From: an uncultured Desulfospira sp.
GTDB lineage: Bacteria > Desulfobacterota > Desulfobacteria > Desulfobacterales > Desulfobacteraceae
DNA: 64,000 nucleotides
Assembly (NCBI GenBank): GCA_963663165.1
Contig: OY760175.1
Coordinates: 5,152,001-5,216,000 of the forward strand
Direction: 5' to 3'
Below the pieces are notes generated by a model. It searched no databases and was not told the origin of the DNA. It worked only from the letters and a program-made list of their open reading frames with translations. Numbering within the stretch: position 1 is the stretch's first letter; the number at the start of each line of letters is the position of its first letter. Position numbers and translations under genes: made by a program. Below are positions 8,836-17,751 of this stretch, in pieces.

Positions 8836-11631
8836 ATGTCTTTATCCAGCGCACTTTTCACAGGAACCAGTGGATTGAAGAATATGGGCAACGGCATGCA
8901 GGTGGTTGGTAACAACATTGCCAACACCAATACCGTTGGATTCAAGGGGGCTGCCTCCACGTTTGCTGATACCCTGTATGAAAATGTGGCCACCCAGGCC
9001 GGTACCGCACAGATGGGGCGAGGCATGTCCGTAGGGGATATTGCTACGGATTTCAGCCAGGGATCTTTTGAATCCACGGGCAATACCACGGACCTTTCCA
9101 TTGGCGGTGACGGGTTTTTTATCGTCAGCCAGCCCGATTCCGAAGAAAAATATTACACCCGGGCCGGTAATTTTTATTTTGATGAAGACGGTCAGCTGGT
9201 GAATCCGGAAGGGTATGTGGTCCAGGGCTGGGAACTGGATGAAGACACCGGAGAGGATGTCGGGGCCATCGGGGATCTGGTTCTTGAAGAGTTTACCTCT
9301 CCGCCAAAGGAAAGCACCACGGTTACCGCCATTACCAACCTGGATGCCGATGCGATTTCCCAGGCGGTTGTTTTGTCCAACGTCTGGGACTCTTCTGAAG
9401 ACGAATATATGGGGTCGGGCAATTATGAATACCAGACCGTTATCCAGGTATATGATTCCCTGGGGTCCACCCATGATGTGACCATTTATTATGATAAAAT
9501 TTCAGGCACGGAATGGGAGTACATCATTACCTGCAACCCGGAAGAAGACATGCGCAATCTGGTGCAGGGGACTGATGCCCAGGGCCTTTTGGCAAGAGGT
9601 TCCATTACCTTTAGTGAAAGTTCCGGTGATATCCTGGACCTGACCCTGGAGGAATTTACCGGCCGGATAGGGAATTTTACCGCCAACGGCCTGAACACAG
9701 TGGATGAAATTGAATACAATATTGTGGATTATGACGCCCTGTCTTTAGACGGTTACGGGTTCCAGTTCGAGTATGACGGCGCCAACTGGGGTTTTGCAGA
9801 CATTGATGGTGACGGCGTGGTCACCTCTGCGGATAAACCGGCCAACTATCCCAATGCTTATATTATCTATTCCGATGCCACTTCAGTTGAAATCTCATTT
9901 GACGGTTCAACTGATGAACCTGACCTGAAGATTGAGTTGTCCCAGCCGGCTGTGGCAACAGATTCATTCGGATTTGATATCAACGGGGAAGAAAGTATTC
10001 ATATTCAGGGCATTGAAGGGCTGACCTATACCGGAGATACGGCCAATGACAACACCAGCCTTTCCATTAACGATCCCGGGGTCATGACCCATGATACCGA
10101 GGATGTGGGGATTGTCTGGAATCCCGTGGCCCAGCAATGGTACTGGAGCAACCCGGAGCAGGCTGAAGATGAGGGCACCCTGCTAAGTGACGCCACCCTT
10201 GGCGGAGTGGACCAGGATGAAACCACATTTTTAAGCATAAAAAACGCATCGGAAATGGTCATGCTGGCCGATGACGTGACCCTTGCCGTGGACTACCGGA
10301 CCGGGGAATGGGACTGGAACATGCCGCTCAAAGCCGATGATTTTATAAATGAAACCTTTAATATCGGCCAGGGAAACAACAATCCCAGTGTCACTGTGGT
10401 GACTCAAGGAACCCAGGGCGCCATCGCCTCTACAGATGCCGGCGGCACATCCACTGCCGTCACCCTGACATGGGACGGGGCCGCCTGGGCGGCCAGTTCC
10501 GGCGGCGGACAGACCCAGATTGTCATTCTGACCTCCAGCAGCGACGATTCCACAGTTCAGTTCATGATCTGGGAAGCCGATGGGTCTACAACTCCCAGTA
10601 ACGGGGCATCCGTAGTCAAGTATTCCTTTAATACCCCCCTGACCACCACCGGCGGGGACACCATTGAGTTTACCATTGATCCGTCGCCTCCGGCAGAATA
10701 CCCCAATGCCGTGCTGACCACCTCCGGGGCCACCACCCTGGGCATCGGGATTGATCTGGACAATGATTCCAGTGTGGACCTGCAGATGATCACATCGGCC
10801 TCTGGTGCAGTTACAGTGCTTTCCGGCGGGCTGACCGCCACCTTTGACATTGACCCGGATACGGAACCGCCCAATTACTCGAATGCCACCCTGACCGGGG
10901 ACCAGACAGAGGTGATCATTGATCTTGACGGGTCCGGCAACGAAGGAGATGATGACGACATCGTCTTTACGTTTGAAAAGAACCTTGATTATGGTGCCAA
11001 CACGGATGTTTACGATAACCGGAGTGTTATTAATTTTGATATCCTGGGCTCTACGGCCTGGACCGCCATTGAAAAGGCCGGTATCACCAATACCGGGTAT
11101 TACTCGTTTACCGTAGATTTTCTGGGAGGCGATTACGGCACCACGGAAATGAACCTGGCCCTTGATTTCGGCACCCAGTTTGATGGTGAAAATTTTGTCA
11201 ACGACTCGTTATCCACCACCCAGTACGCCAAATCCTCTTCAACGGTATACCAGGACGCAGACGGGTATGCTGCCGGGGACCTGACCGGTGTGGATGTGAA
11301 TTCCGAAGGGGTGATTACCGGCATCTACTCAAACGGTCAGCTGATTCCGTTGTTCCGGGTGGGCCTGGCCAAGTTCTACAACAATTACGGGCTGTCCAAC
11401 GAGGGCGGCAACCTTTACTCCGAGACCAACGAGAGCGGCAACGCCATTACCAACAAGCCCGGAGAGAATGGCCTGGGCACCATTTCCCCCAATTCCCTTG
11501 AAATGTCCAATGTGGATATTTCAGACGAGTTCGTTGCCATGATCGAAATCCAGCGCGGGTACGAAGGAAACTCAAAAACCATCACCACCGTGGATGAAAT
11601 GATGGAAACCGTTATCAATATGAAACGGTAA
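8836..11631 (+). CDS. flgE: Flagellar hook protein FlgE (long, 931 aa)
   Basis: N-terminal GNNIANTNTVGFK and YTRAGNF; C-terminal LEMSNVDISDEFVAMIEIQRGYEGNSKTITTVDEM. Confidence 0.95.
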   Translation: MSLSSALFTGTSGLKNMGNGMQVVGNNIANTNTVGFKGAASTFADTLYENVATQAGTAQMGRGMSVGDIATDFSQGSFESTGNTTDLSIGGDGFFIVSQPDSEEKYYTRAGNFYFDEDGQLVNPEGYVVQGWELDEDTGEDVGAIGDLVLEEFTSPPKESTTVTAITNLDADAISQAVVLSNVWDSSEDEYMGSGNYEYQTVIQVYDSLGSTHDVTIYYDKISGTEWEYIITCNPEEDMRNLVQGTDAQGLLARGSITFSESSGDILDLTLEEFTGRIGNFTANGLNTVDEIEYNIVDYDALSLDGYGFQFEYDGANWGFADIDGDGVVTSADKPANYPNAYIIYSDATSVEISFDGSTDEPDLKIELSQPAVATDSFGFDINGEESIHIQGIEGLTYTGDTANDNTSLSINDPGVMTHDTEDVGIVWNPVAQQWYWSNPEQAEDEGTLLSDATLGGVDQDETTFLSIKNASEMVMLADDVTLAVDYRTGEWDWNMPLKADDFINETFNIGQGNNNPSVTVVTQGTQGAIASTDAGGTSTAVTLTWDGAAWAASSGGGQTQIVILTSSSDDSTVQFMIWEADGSTTPSNGASVVKYSFNTPLTTTGGDTIEFTIDPSPPAEYPNAVLTTSGATTLGIGIDLDNDSSVDLQMITSASGAVTVLSGGLTATFDIDPDTEPPNYSNATLTGDQTEVIIDLDGSGNEGDDDDIVFTFEKNLDYGANTDVYDNRSVINFDILGSTAWTAIEKAGITNTGYYSFTVDFLGGDYGTTEMNLALDFGTQFDGENFVNDSLSTTQYAKSSSTVYQDADGYAAGDLTGVDVNSEGVITGIYSNGQLIPLFRVGLAKFYNNYGLSNEGGNLYSETNESGNAITNKPGENGLGTISPNSLEMSNVDISDEFVAMIEIQRGYEGNSKTITTVDEMMETVINMKR

Positions 11632-11667
11632 GATGGGTCGTTAGGCTGAAGACATTTTGACTGAAGG

Positions 11668-11705
11668 CTGGAGGATGTCCGTCCAAGGGGCATCCTTCAG
11701 TTTTT
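11668..11705 (+). terminator. Intrinsic terminator after flgE
   Basis: CTGGAGGATGTCC-loop-GGGCATCCTTCAG followed by TTTTT. Confidence 0.75.
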
Positions 11706-11852
11706 AATTTTTAACCCCGGTTCACCGCCTCCTTTTCATTGTCAAATCTTTGGCGTCTTTCGTTTGTTTCGCCAAAAAACCATCCATTCTTGCAGTGCCC
11801 CTGTGCCATTCGATCGCAACAATTTAAAATTTTGTTAAATTGCCCACCTAAA

Positions 11853-11875
11853 GGCGATTCATGAATCGCCCCTAC
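11853..11875 (-). repeat. GTAG-type REP-like palindrome
   Basis: Minus strand GTAGGGGCGATTCATGAATCGCC: GTAG foot followed by a perfect GGCGATTC/GAATCGCC palindrome. Confidence 0.6.
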
Positions 11876-11900
11876 AACCGCCCCGATAACACCGCCAATT

Positions 11901-11963
11901 CGGTCTCCCGTTTCCGGTCTCCGGTCTCCGGTTTCTTGTTTCTTGTTTCTTGTCTTCTGTTGT
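11901..11963 (-). repeat. Heptamer tandem tract (minus-strand ACAAGAA / ACCGGAG units)
   Basis: TTTCTTG x3 and TCCGGTC units; reverse complement of the 15503 tract type. Confidence 0.8.
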
Positions 11964-11987
11964 CCTATAATTGAGCCATATCTTATC

Positions 11988-12003
11988 TGGCACAAGGATT
12001 GCT
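11988..12003 (+). promoter_or_regulatory. Sigma-54 promoter of the fliL operon
   Basis: TGGCACAAGGATTGCT, a canonical -24/-12 match. Confidence 0.85.
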
Positions 12004-12129
12004 TAAATTCTTAATGAACTTGAATATGCGGTGACCTTTTAAGGCCTTTGGGCCGGATTGGCTCAACGGCAGCCCAACATGGGGCGGTGCCGGGAAATTT
12101 CCGGTATCCGGCCCGGATCGGGGGAGATT

Positions 12130-12723
12130 TTGTTTAAAAAGAAATCGAAAAAAGAAGCGCCTGAAGAAAATAAAGAAGAAAAGGCCGAGGATGCGCCGGA
12201 TCAGGAATCAGGAGAACAGCCGGAGAAAAAATCAATCATCAAACGGCTTCTTTCAAAAAAAATGATATTGATCATTGGGGGTGTCCTGATCCTTGGCTTA
12301 GCCGGGGGCGGGGCCTGGTTTTTCTTTTTTTCCGGGTCTCCTGAACCGGAAACGGAACCTGCGACTGAACAGGCGGCCGCCGGGCAGGAAGGGGAAACGG
12401 TCGTGCCCGAGATCCTGTTTGAAGATATTGTTACCCTGGAACCTTTTGAGATGATTCCATTAAAGTCGGGATCTTCCATGCGGTCTGTGACGTTGAATGT
12501 TTCCATTGAGATCTTGGACCCGGAATCCCGGGCACAGGTGTATTCAAGGGAAGACCGGATACGGATTATCATCCAGGATAAGGTCAGGGAATATACCTGG
12601 CTTGACCTGAGAAGTGCTGAAGGAAAGATCCGGCTCAAATACGATCTTCTCCAGAGTATCAATCACCTGTTTTCAAAACCCATGGTCAGAAATTTGTACT
12701 TTACAACCCTTATAATGCAGTGA
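12130..12723 (+). CDS. fliL: Flagellar basal body-associated protein FliL
   Basis: Single TM (ILIIGGVLILGLAGGGAWFFFF), DLRSAEGKIRLKYDL and VRNLYFTTLIMQ; precedes fliM; TTG start after GGGGAG assumed (ORF open from 12058). Confidence 0.88.
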   Translation: MFKKKSKKEAPEENKEEKAEDAPDQESGEQPEKKSIIKRLLSKKMILIIGGVLILGLAGGGAWFFFFSGSPEPETEPATEQAAAGQEGETVVPEILFEDIVTLEPFEMIPLKSGSSMRSVTLNVSIEILDPESRAQVYSREDRIRIIIQDKVREYTWLDLRSAEGKIRLKYDLLQSINHLFSKPMVRNLYFTTLIMQ

Positions 12724-12730
12724 CAATGCC

Positions 12731-13723
12731 ATGAGTGAAATTCTATCCCAGGACGAAGTTGACAGTCTATTAGACGGCCTTGATTCAGGAGAGGTAGAAA
12801 CTGAAAAGGACGTGGCGGAAGCCCCGGAGGCTTCCGACGGTGTCAGCGTCTATGATTTTACCAGTCAGGATAAGGTGGTCCGGGCCCGGATGCCCACCTT
12901 TGATGTCATCAATGAACGGCTGTCCAGAGAGGTTCGGGCCACGCTGTCCTCCTTGCTCCAGACCAATGTGGATGTGGGGGCCAATCCCTTTGACACCTTG
13001 AAATTTTCAGAGTTTGTCAGAAGCCTGCCCGTTCCCACAAGCCTTCATGTGTTCCGGTTGGAACCCTTGAGAGGGCACGGCCTGGTAGTGTTTGAAAGCC
13101 AGCTGGTTTACAACCTCATTGATACCTTTTTCGGGGGAGAGGCCCTTGGAAAGGCCAGGGTTGAAGGCCGGGAGTTTACCACCATTGAAGAGGTCATGAT
13201 CAAAAAGGCCGTGGTGGCGGTGTTAAAAAATATTGAAGCGTCCTGGGCCCCCATTGAACCGGTTAAAACCTCTTTGATCCGTTCGGAAATGAACCCTCAG
13301 TTCACCGCCATTGTTCTGCCCACGGACCTGGTCATTGTCACCCGGTTTGAAATTGAACTGGAGCAGGCCGCCGGAAACCTGGTGGTCTGTTATCCTTATT
13401 CCATGATCGAGCCCATGCGGCACAAGTTGTCTTCCGGGGTCCAGGCGGAGATTGAAGAAATCGATACCACCTGGCAGAAAATGATCCGGGAGGTCATTCT
13501 CAACTCGGAAGTCGATTTGAAGATTATGCTGGGCAAGACGGAAATTACCGGGGAACGGTTGCTTTACATGCAGAAAGGGGACGTGATCCAGCTGGATAAC
13601 GACGCGGCAGACCCCCTGACCTGCTATGTGGACGGTCTGGAAAAGCTTAAAGGGTATATCGGGGTCCAGAGGGGATTCCAGGCATTCCAGATTATCGAAA
13701 AATTAATAACGGAATGTGGGTAA
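12731..13723 (+). CDS. fliM: Flagellar motor switch protein FliM
   Basis: N-terminal [11 protein letters not shown]heY-binding peptide, [26 protein letters not shown]. Confidence 0.96.
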   Translation: MSEILSQDEVDSLLDGLDSGEVETEKDVAEAPEASDGVSVYDFTSQDKVVRARMPTFDVINERLSREVRATLSSLLQTNVDVGANPFDTLKFSEFVRSLPVPTSLHVFRLEPLRGHGLVVFESQLVYNLIDTFFGGEALGKARVEGREFTTIEEVMIKKAVVAVLKNIEASWAPIEPVKTSLIRSEMNPQFTAIVLPTDLVIVTRFEIELEQAAGNLVVCYPYSMIEPMRHKLSSGVQAEIEEIDTTWQKMIREVILNSEVDLKIMLGKTEITGERLLYMQKGDVIQLDNDAADPLTCYVDGLEKLKGYIGVQRGFQAFQIIEKLITECG

Positions 13724-13724
13724 A

Positions 13725-14063
13725 ATGGCTGAAGAAGATTTTGCAGAAGACCAGGAAGACAAAGGCGAGGAAAGGTCCGAGGAGCAGGGATCCAGGGAGC
13801 TGGATTTTATTTTAGATATCCCGCTTGAGCTTTCTGTGGAGCTGGGCAAGACCAAAATGCTGGTCAATGACCTGCTTCAACTGGGCCAGGGCTCTATTGT
13901 GGAGTTAAACAAACTGGCCGGAGAACCCCTGGAGGTGTATATCAACCGCAAGCTTATTGCCCGGGGGGAAGTGGTGGTGGTCAATGAAAAATTCGGGGTC
14001 AGGCTCACCGATGTCATTACCCCCATTGACCGGGTCAAGTCACTGGCGGCAGAGGAAGAATGA
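13725..14063 (+). CDS. fliN: Flagellar motor switch protein FliN
   Basis: [13 protein letters not shown]...[13 protein letters not shown]poA domain. Confidence 0.96.
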   Translation: MAEEDFAEDQEDKGEERSEEQGSRELDFILDIPLELSVELGKTKMLVNDLLQLGQGSIVELNKLAGEPLEVYINRKLIARGEVVVVNEKFGVRLTDVITPIDRVKSLAAEEE

Positions 14064-14455
14064 ACACGGATTCCGACATATGGCTGGCCTTTGCCCGGAC
14101 CTTTTCAATGCTGTTTCTGGTGCTGGCCCTTCTGGTCCTTGTGTTTTATCTGGTCAAACGGATTTCCAATTCAAAGGCAGGGGGCATGGGTGCCGGTCAG
14201 CTCATCAGTGTGCTGGCGGTTCATCATATCTCTCCTAAAGAAAAATTTGTCCTGGTCAAAGCCCTGGACGAGGTGGTGCTGGTGGGGGTCACCCCGGGCC
14301 ATATTTCCAGAATTTCGACATTGGATGCTACAGGCATGGGCCTGTCCGAAGGCGTAAACTCGTCCCCTGGTTCTTTTGCCGGGCTTTTAGGCCGGGCTAT
14401 GAAAAAAAAAGAGGCCGGCATTCCGGCGTTCAAAGGAGGACCGGATGACGCCTAA
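14060..14455 (+). CDS. fliO: Flagellar biosynthesis protein FliO
   Basis: N-terminal [13 protein letters not shown] motif, position between fliN and fliP. Confidence 0.85.
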   Translation: MNTDSDIWLAFARTFSMLFLVLALLVLVFYLVKRISNSKAGGMGAGQLISVLAVHHISPKEKFVLVKALDEVVLVGVTPGHISRISTLDATGMGLSEGVNSSPGSFAGLLGRAMKKKEAGIPAFKGGPDDA

Positions 14456-15230
14456 TCCTGTCATCTCCCGTCTTCTCCTGGCCTTCCGGCTCCTGGCCCT
14501 GGCCGGGCTTTTTCTGTCGCTTTTCAAGGGACCGGCCTTTGCCGTCAATTTCCCCATTCCGTCCCTTGAACTGAACGTCAAAACCGCCTCAGAACCCGAA
14601 GAAATCGCCGTTGTCCTTGAAATTATCGCGTTATTAACCATCATTGCCCTGGCACCGGCCATTCTGATCCTCATGACCCCGTTCACCCGGCTGGTGGTGG
14701 TGTTCCATTTTCTGCGCCAGGCCATGGGCATCCAGACAAGCCCGCCCAACCAGGTGATTGTGGGGCTGGCCCTGTTTATGACTTTTTTTATCATCAGGCC
14801 GGTGGCTGTAGAGGTTTACAACACGAGCCTGAACCCTTACCTGGAAAGGGAAATATCTTATGAAACCGCCTTTGAAGAGGCCCAAAAACCTATCCGCAAA
14901 TTCCTTTTGCTTAACACCCGGGAGGCGGATCTTGCCCTGTTCGTCAAAGAGGCCGGGCTCCAGAAACCGGAAAACCGGGACAATGTGTCGTTGCTGGCCC
15001 TGATTCCGGCCTATGTGATCAGTGAATTGAAAACCGCTTTTATCGTCGGGTTTATCCTTTACATTCCCTTTCTGGTTATTGACATGGTGGTGGCGTCGGT
15101 GCTGCTTGCCATGGGCATGATGATGCTGCCGCCCATCATGATCTCCCTGCCCTTTAAGCTGATGCTCTTTGTTCTGGTGGACGGGTGGCATCTGATTGCC
15201 GGCTCCTTGTTAAAAAGTTTTGGAGTGTGA
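14445..15230 (+). CDS. fliP: Flagellar export protein FliP
   Basis: PPNQV and ISELKTAF...PFLVIDMVVASVLLAMGMMMLPP...KLMLFVLVDGW. Confidence 0.97.
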   Translation: MTPNPVISRLLLAFRLLALAGLFLSLFKGPAFAVNFPIPSLELNVKTASEPEEIAVVLEIIALLTIIALAPAILILMTPFTRLVVVFHFLRQAMGIQTSPPNQVIVGLALFMTFFIIRPVAVEVYNTSLNPYLEREISYETAFEEAQKPIRKFLLLNTREADLALFVKEAGLQKPENRDNVSLLALIPAYVISELKTAFIVGFILYIPFLVIDMVVASVLLAMGMMMLPPIMISLPFKLMLFVLVDGWHLIAGSLLKSFGV

Positions 15231-15233
15231 GAC

Positions 15234-15503
15234 ATGACCCCTGAATTTGTGGTTGAATTTGCCAAGCAGGCCATTACCTTGACCATCCTTCTATCTTTGC
15301 CCATGCTGGGTTTGGGCCTTGTGGCGGGGCTGATCATCTCCATATTCCAGGCCGTTACCCAGGTCCAGGAAATGACCCTGACCTTTGTGCCCAAAATTCT
15401 TGCCGTTTTCTTAGGCCTGCTGTTTGCCGCCCCCTGGATGCTGGAAAAACTGACCACGTTTACCACCCATGTGTTGGAGAATATTCCCATGTATATCAGG
15501 TGA
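15234..15503 (+). CDS. fliQ: Flagellar export protein FliQ
   Basis: ISIFQAVTQVQEMTLTFVPKI. Confidence 0.97.
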   Translation: MTPEFVVEFAKQAITLTILLSLPMLGLGLVAGLIISIFQAVTQVQEMTLTFVPKILAVFLGLLFAAPWMLEKLTTFTTHVLENIPMYIR

Positions 15504-15735
15504 CAAGAAACAAGAAACAAGAGACAAGAAACAAGAGACAAGAGACAAGAAACAAGAAACAAGAAACAAGAAACAAGAGACAAGAAACAAGAGACAAGAA
15601 ACAAGAGACAAGAGACAAGAGACAAGAGACAAGAAACAAGAGACAAAAGACAAGAGACAGGAAACAGGAAACAGGAAACAGGAAACAAGAGGCAGGAGAC
15701 AGGAAACAAGAGACACGGGAGGAAACAGGTGACAA
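15503..15735 (+). repeat. Long heptamer tandem array (ACAAGAA/ACAAGAG grading to ACAGGAA), about 30 units
   Basis: Directly visible purine-rich 7-bp periodicity filling most of the fliQ-fliR spacer. Confidence 0.95.
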
Positions 15736-15792
15736 GGTTCAAAGAACAAAAATGCGGCAGCTTCTGGTATCAGGTATCTTCTTTATAGTTTC

Positions 15793-16587
15793 TTGAGCAT
15801 GGAAATCCTCAACATCATAGATCCCATCCGTTTCAGGACGTATATGCTGGTGCTGATGCGCATCAGCGTGATCCTTTATTTGATGCCTGTTTTTTCCTCC
15901 GAGGCGTTTCCCAGCATGCTTAAAACCGGGCTTGCCATGGTGGTTTCCCTGGCCTTGTATACGGTGGTCCCGGTGGATCTGTCACGGTTTCCCATGGATG
16001 TGGTGTCCACGGGTCTGCTGATAGGGGGCGAAGTCATGATCGGGATGACCCTGGGGCTTTGCATAAGGATTTTTTTCGGATCGGTTCAGCTGGCCGGCCA
16101 GGTCATCGGGTTTCAAATGGGGTTTGCCATGATCAATGTGGTGGACCCCCAGACCGGTTCAAATGTGTCCATCATGGACCAGTTGGGATACTGGGTCTGC
16201 CTGATCATTTTTCTGGCCTTTAACGGCCATCATGTCATGCTCACGGCCCTGGTGGACAGTTTTGACCTGGTTCCCATAGGTTTTTTTGCCCTGGACAAGG
16301 CCATGCTGGCAAAGATGACGGCTATGATGGCCCACCTGTTTGCCCTGGCCGTTAAAATCGGGGCACCGGTCATTGCGGCGTTGATTTTTGTATCTGCCGG
16401 GTTTGGGTTGGTTGCCAAATTTTCCCCCCAGATGAACGTCATGATCGTGGCCTTCCCCTTGAAAATAATCGGGGGGCTGGTGTTGTTCAGCCTTTCCCTT
16501 GAAATTATTGTCAGGGTCACCCGGGACTACGTCCAGGGGTTAAAACAGCTGTTGATGTCTTTTTTGTATATTATTGGCGGAGGGTAA
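15793..16587 (+). CDS. fliR: Flagellar export protein FliR
   Basis: AGQVIGFQMGFAMINVVDPQ and PQMNVMIVAFPLKI; start could be ATG 15799. Confidence 0.95.
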   Translation: MSMEILNIIDPIRFRTYMLVLMRISVILYLMPVFSSEAFPSMLKTGLAMVVSLALYTVVPVDLSRFPMDVVSTGLLIGGEVMIGMTLGLCIRIFFGSVQLAGQVIGFQMGFAMINVVDPQTGSNVSIMDQLGYWVCLIIFLAFNGHHVMLTALVDSFDLVPIGFFALDKAMLAKMTAMMAHLFALAVKIGAPVIAALIFVSAGFGLVAKFSPQMNVMIVAFPLKIIGGLVLFSLSLEIIVRVTRDYVQGLKQLLMSFLYIIGGG

Positions 16588-16590
16588 TCC

Positions 16591-17661
16591 ATGGCTGAAG
16601 ATCCCGAGAGCGGTGGAGAGAAAACCGAAGACGCATCGTCGCGAAAGCTTGACAAGGCCAGAGAAGAGGGGCAGGTTGCCAAAAGTACGGAGATTCCCTC
16701 CGTATTCGTCCTCCTGGCCGGGGTCACCTCTTTGTATATGGTGGCTTTTTATTCCTATGCCAATCTGACGAGCATATTCCGGTATGATTATATATTTGAA
16801 ACCATTCCGAACTTGACCCGTGTGGATGTGGTCCACCTGCTGTTTGTCCATGCCCAGCGCATGTTTTTGTTCTGCCTGCCCTTTTTTGCGGCCGTGGTGT
16901 TGGTGGCCCTTGCGGCCAATTTTGCCCAGGTCGGGTTTACCGTGTCCTGGAAATCCCTTGAACCCAAGTTCTCAAGGCTTAATCCCATTACCGGCTTCCA
17001 AAACAAATTTTCATCCAGGGCTGTGGTTGAATTTGTAAAAACCCTGTTCAAAATTGCGGTGATTTCCCTGGTGGCCTATTTTGCCATCAAAGGGGCGCTG
17101 ACCGATATTTTAAGGCTCCATGATACATCGGTGGGCTTTATTCTGTTGTTTATCCTTAAAAAGGTTTTCTGGATTGTTGTAAAGGTATGCCTGATCATGC
17201 TGGTTCTTGCTTTTCTGGACTATGCCTACCAGAAATGGAAATTTCTGGAAGACCAGAAGATGACCAAAAAAGAGGTCAAGGACGAACTCAAGCAGACAGA
17301 GGGTGATCCCATGGTCAAGTCCAGGATCCGGCAGCTTCAGCATCAGGCCGCCAGAAAACGGATGATGGCCAAGGTTCCCGAGGCCGATGTGGTGGTCACC
17401 AACCCCACACGGCTTGCCGTGGCCTTAAAATACGACAACGAGAGCATGGACGCTCCGGAAGTCCTGGCCAAAGGGGCCGGCCCTGTGGCAGAAAATATCC
17501 GGAAAATCGCCCGGGAAAATGATGTTCCTTTGGTGGAAAATAAAGAACTGGCCCGGAATTTGTATAGAACTGTAGATATCGGGCAGCAGGTGCCCATGGA
17601 ATATTACCAGGCCGTAGCGGAACTGCTGGCGTATGTGTATAAACTGAAACAGAACCGATAG
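16591..17661 (+). CDS. flhB: Flagellar export switch protein FlhB
   Basis: EKTEDAS, EGDPMVKSRIR, and TNPTR at the autocleavage site (canonical NPTH). Confidence 0.96.
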   Translation: MAEDPESGGEKTEDASSRKLDKAREEGQVAKSTEIPSVFVLLAGVTSLYMVAFYSYANLTSIFRYDYIFETIPNLTRVDVVHLLFVHAQRMFLFCLPFFAAVVLVALAANFAQVGFTVSWKSLEPKFSRLNPITGFQNKFSSRAVVEFVKTLFKIAVISLVAYFAIKGALTDILRLHDTSVGFILLFILKKVFWIVVKVCLIMLVLAFLDYAYQKWKFLEDQKMTKKEVKDELKQTEGDPMVKSRIRQLQHQAARKRMMAKVPEADVVVTNPTRLAVALKYDNESMDAPEVLAKGAGPVAENIRKIARENDVPLVENKELARNLYRTVDIGQQVPMEYYQAVAELLAYVYKLKQNR

Positions 17662-17751
17662 CGGTGAACGGCAACTTTCTGGCACATCGGTGTCAATAGT
17701 TTAATCAGATTTGCCCCTTGAGGCGGAAAAACCCATAACCGGAAGAACTCA

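Noticed and set aside
12010..12125. c-di-GMP riboswitch in the fliL leader
   Set aside because: GC-rich hairpins are possible, but I did not find GEMM-I features such as GCAAA...GAAA tetraloop...GACGCAAAG
15059..15796. ORFs with VSCLL/KKQETR repeats
   Set aside because: Translation artefacts of the stop-free heptamer tract; the same applies to 11711-11995
17680..17697. TGGCAC-like sigma-54 site upstream of flhA
   Set aside because: The -12 position reads GTC rather than TGC, so the GG-N10-GC rule fails
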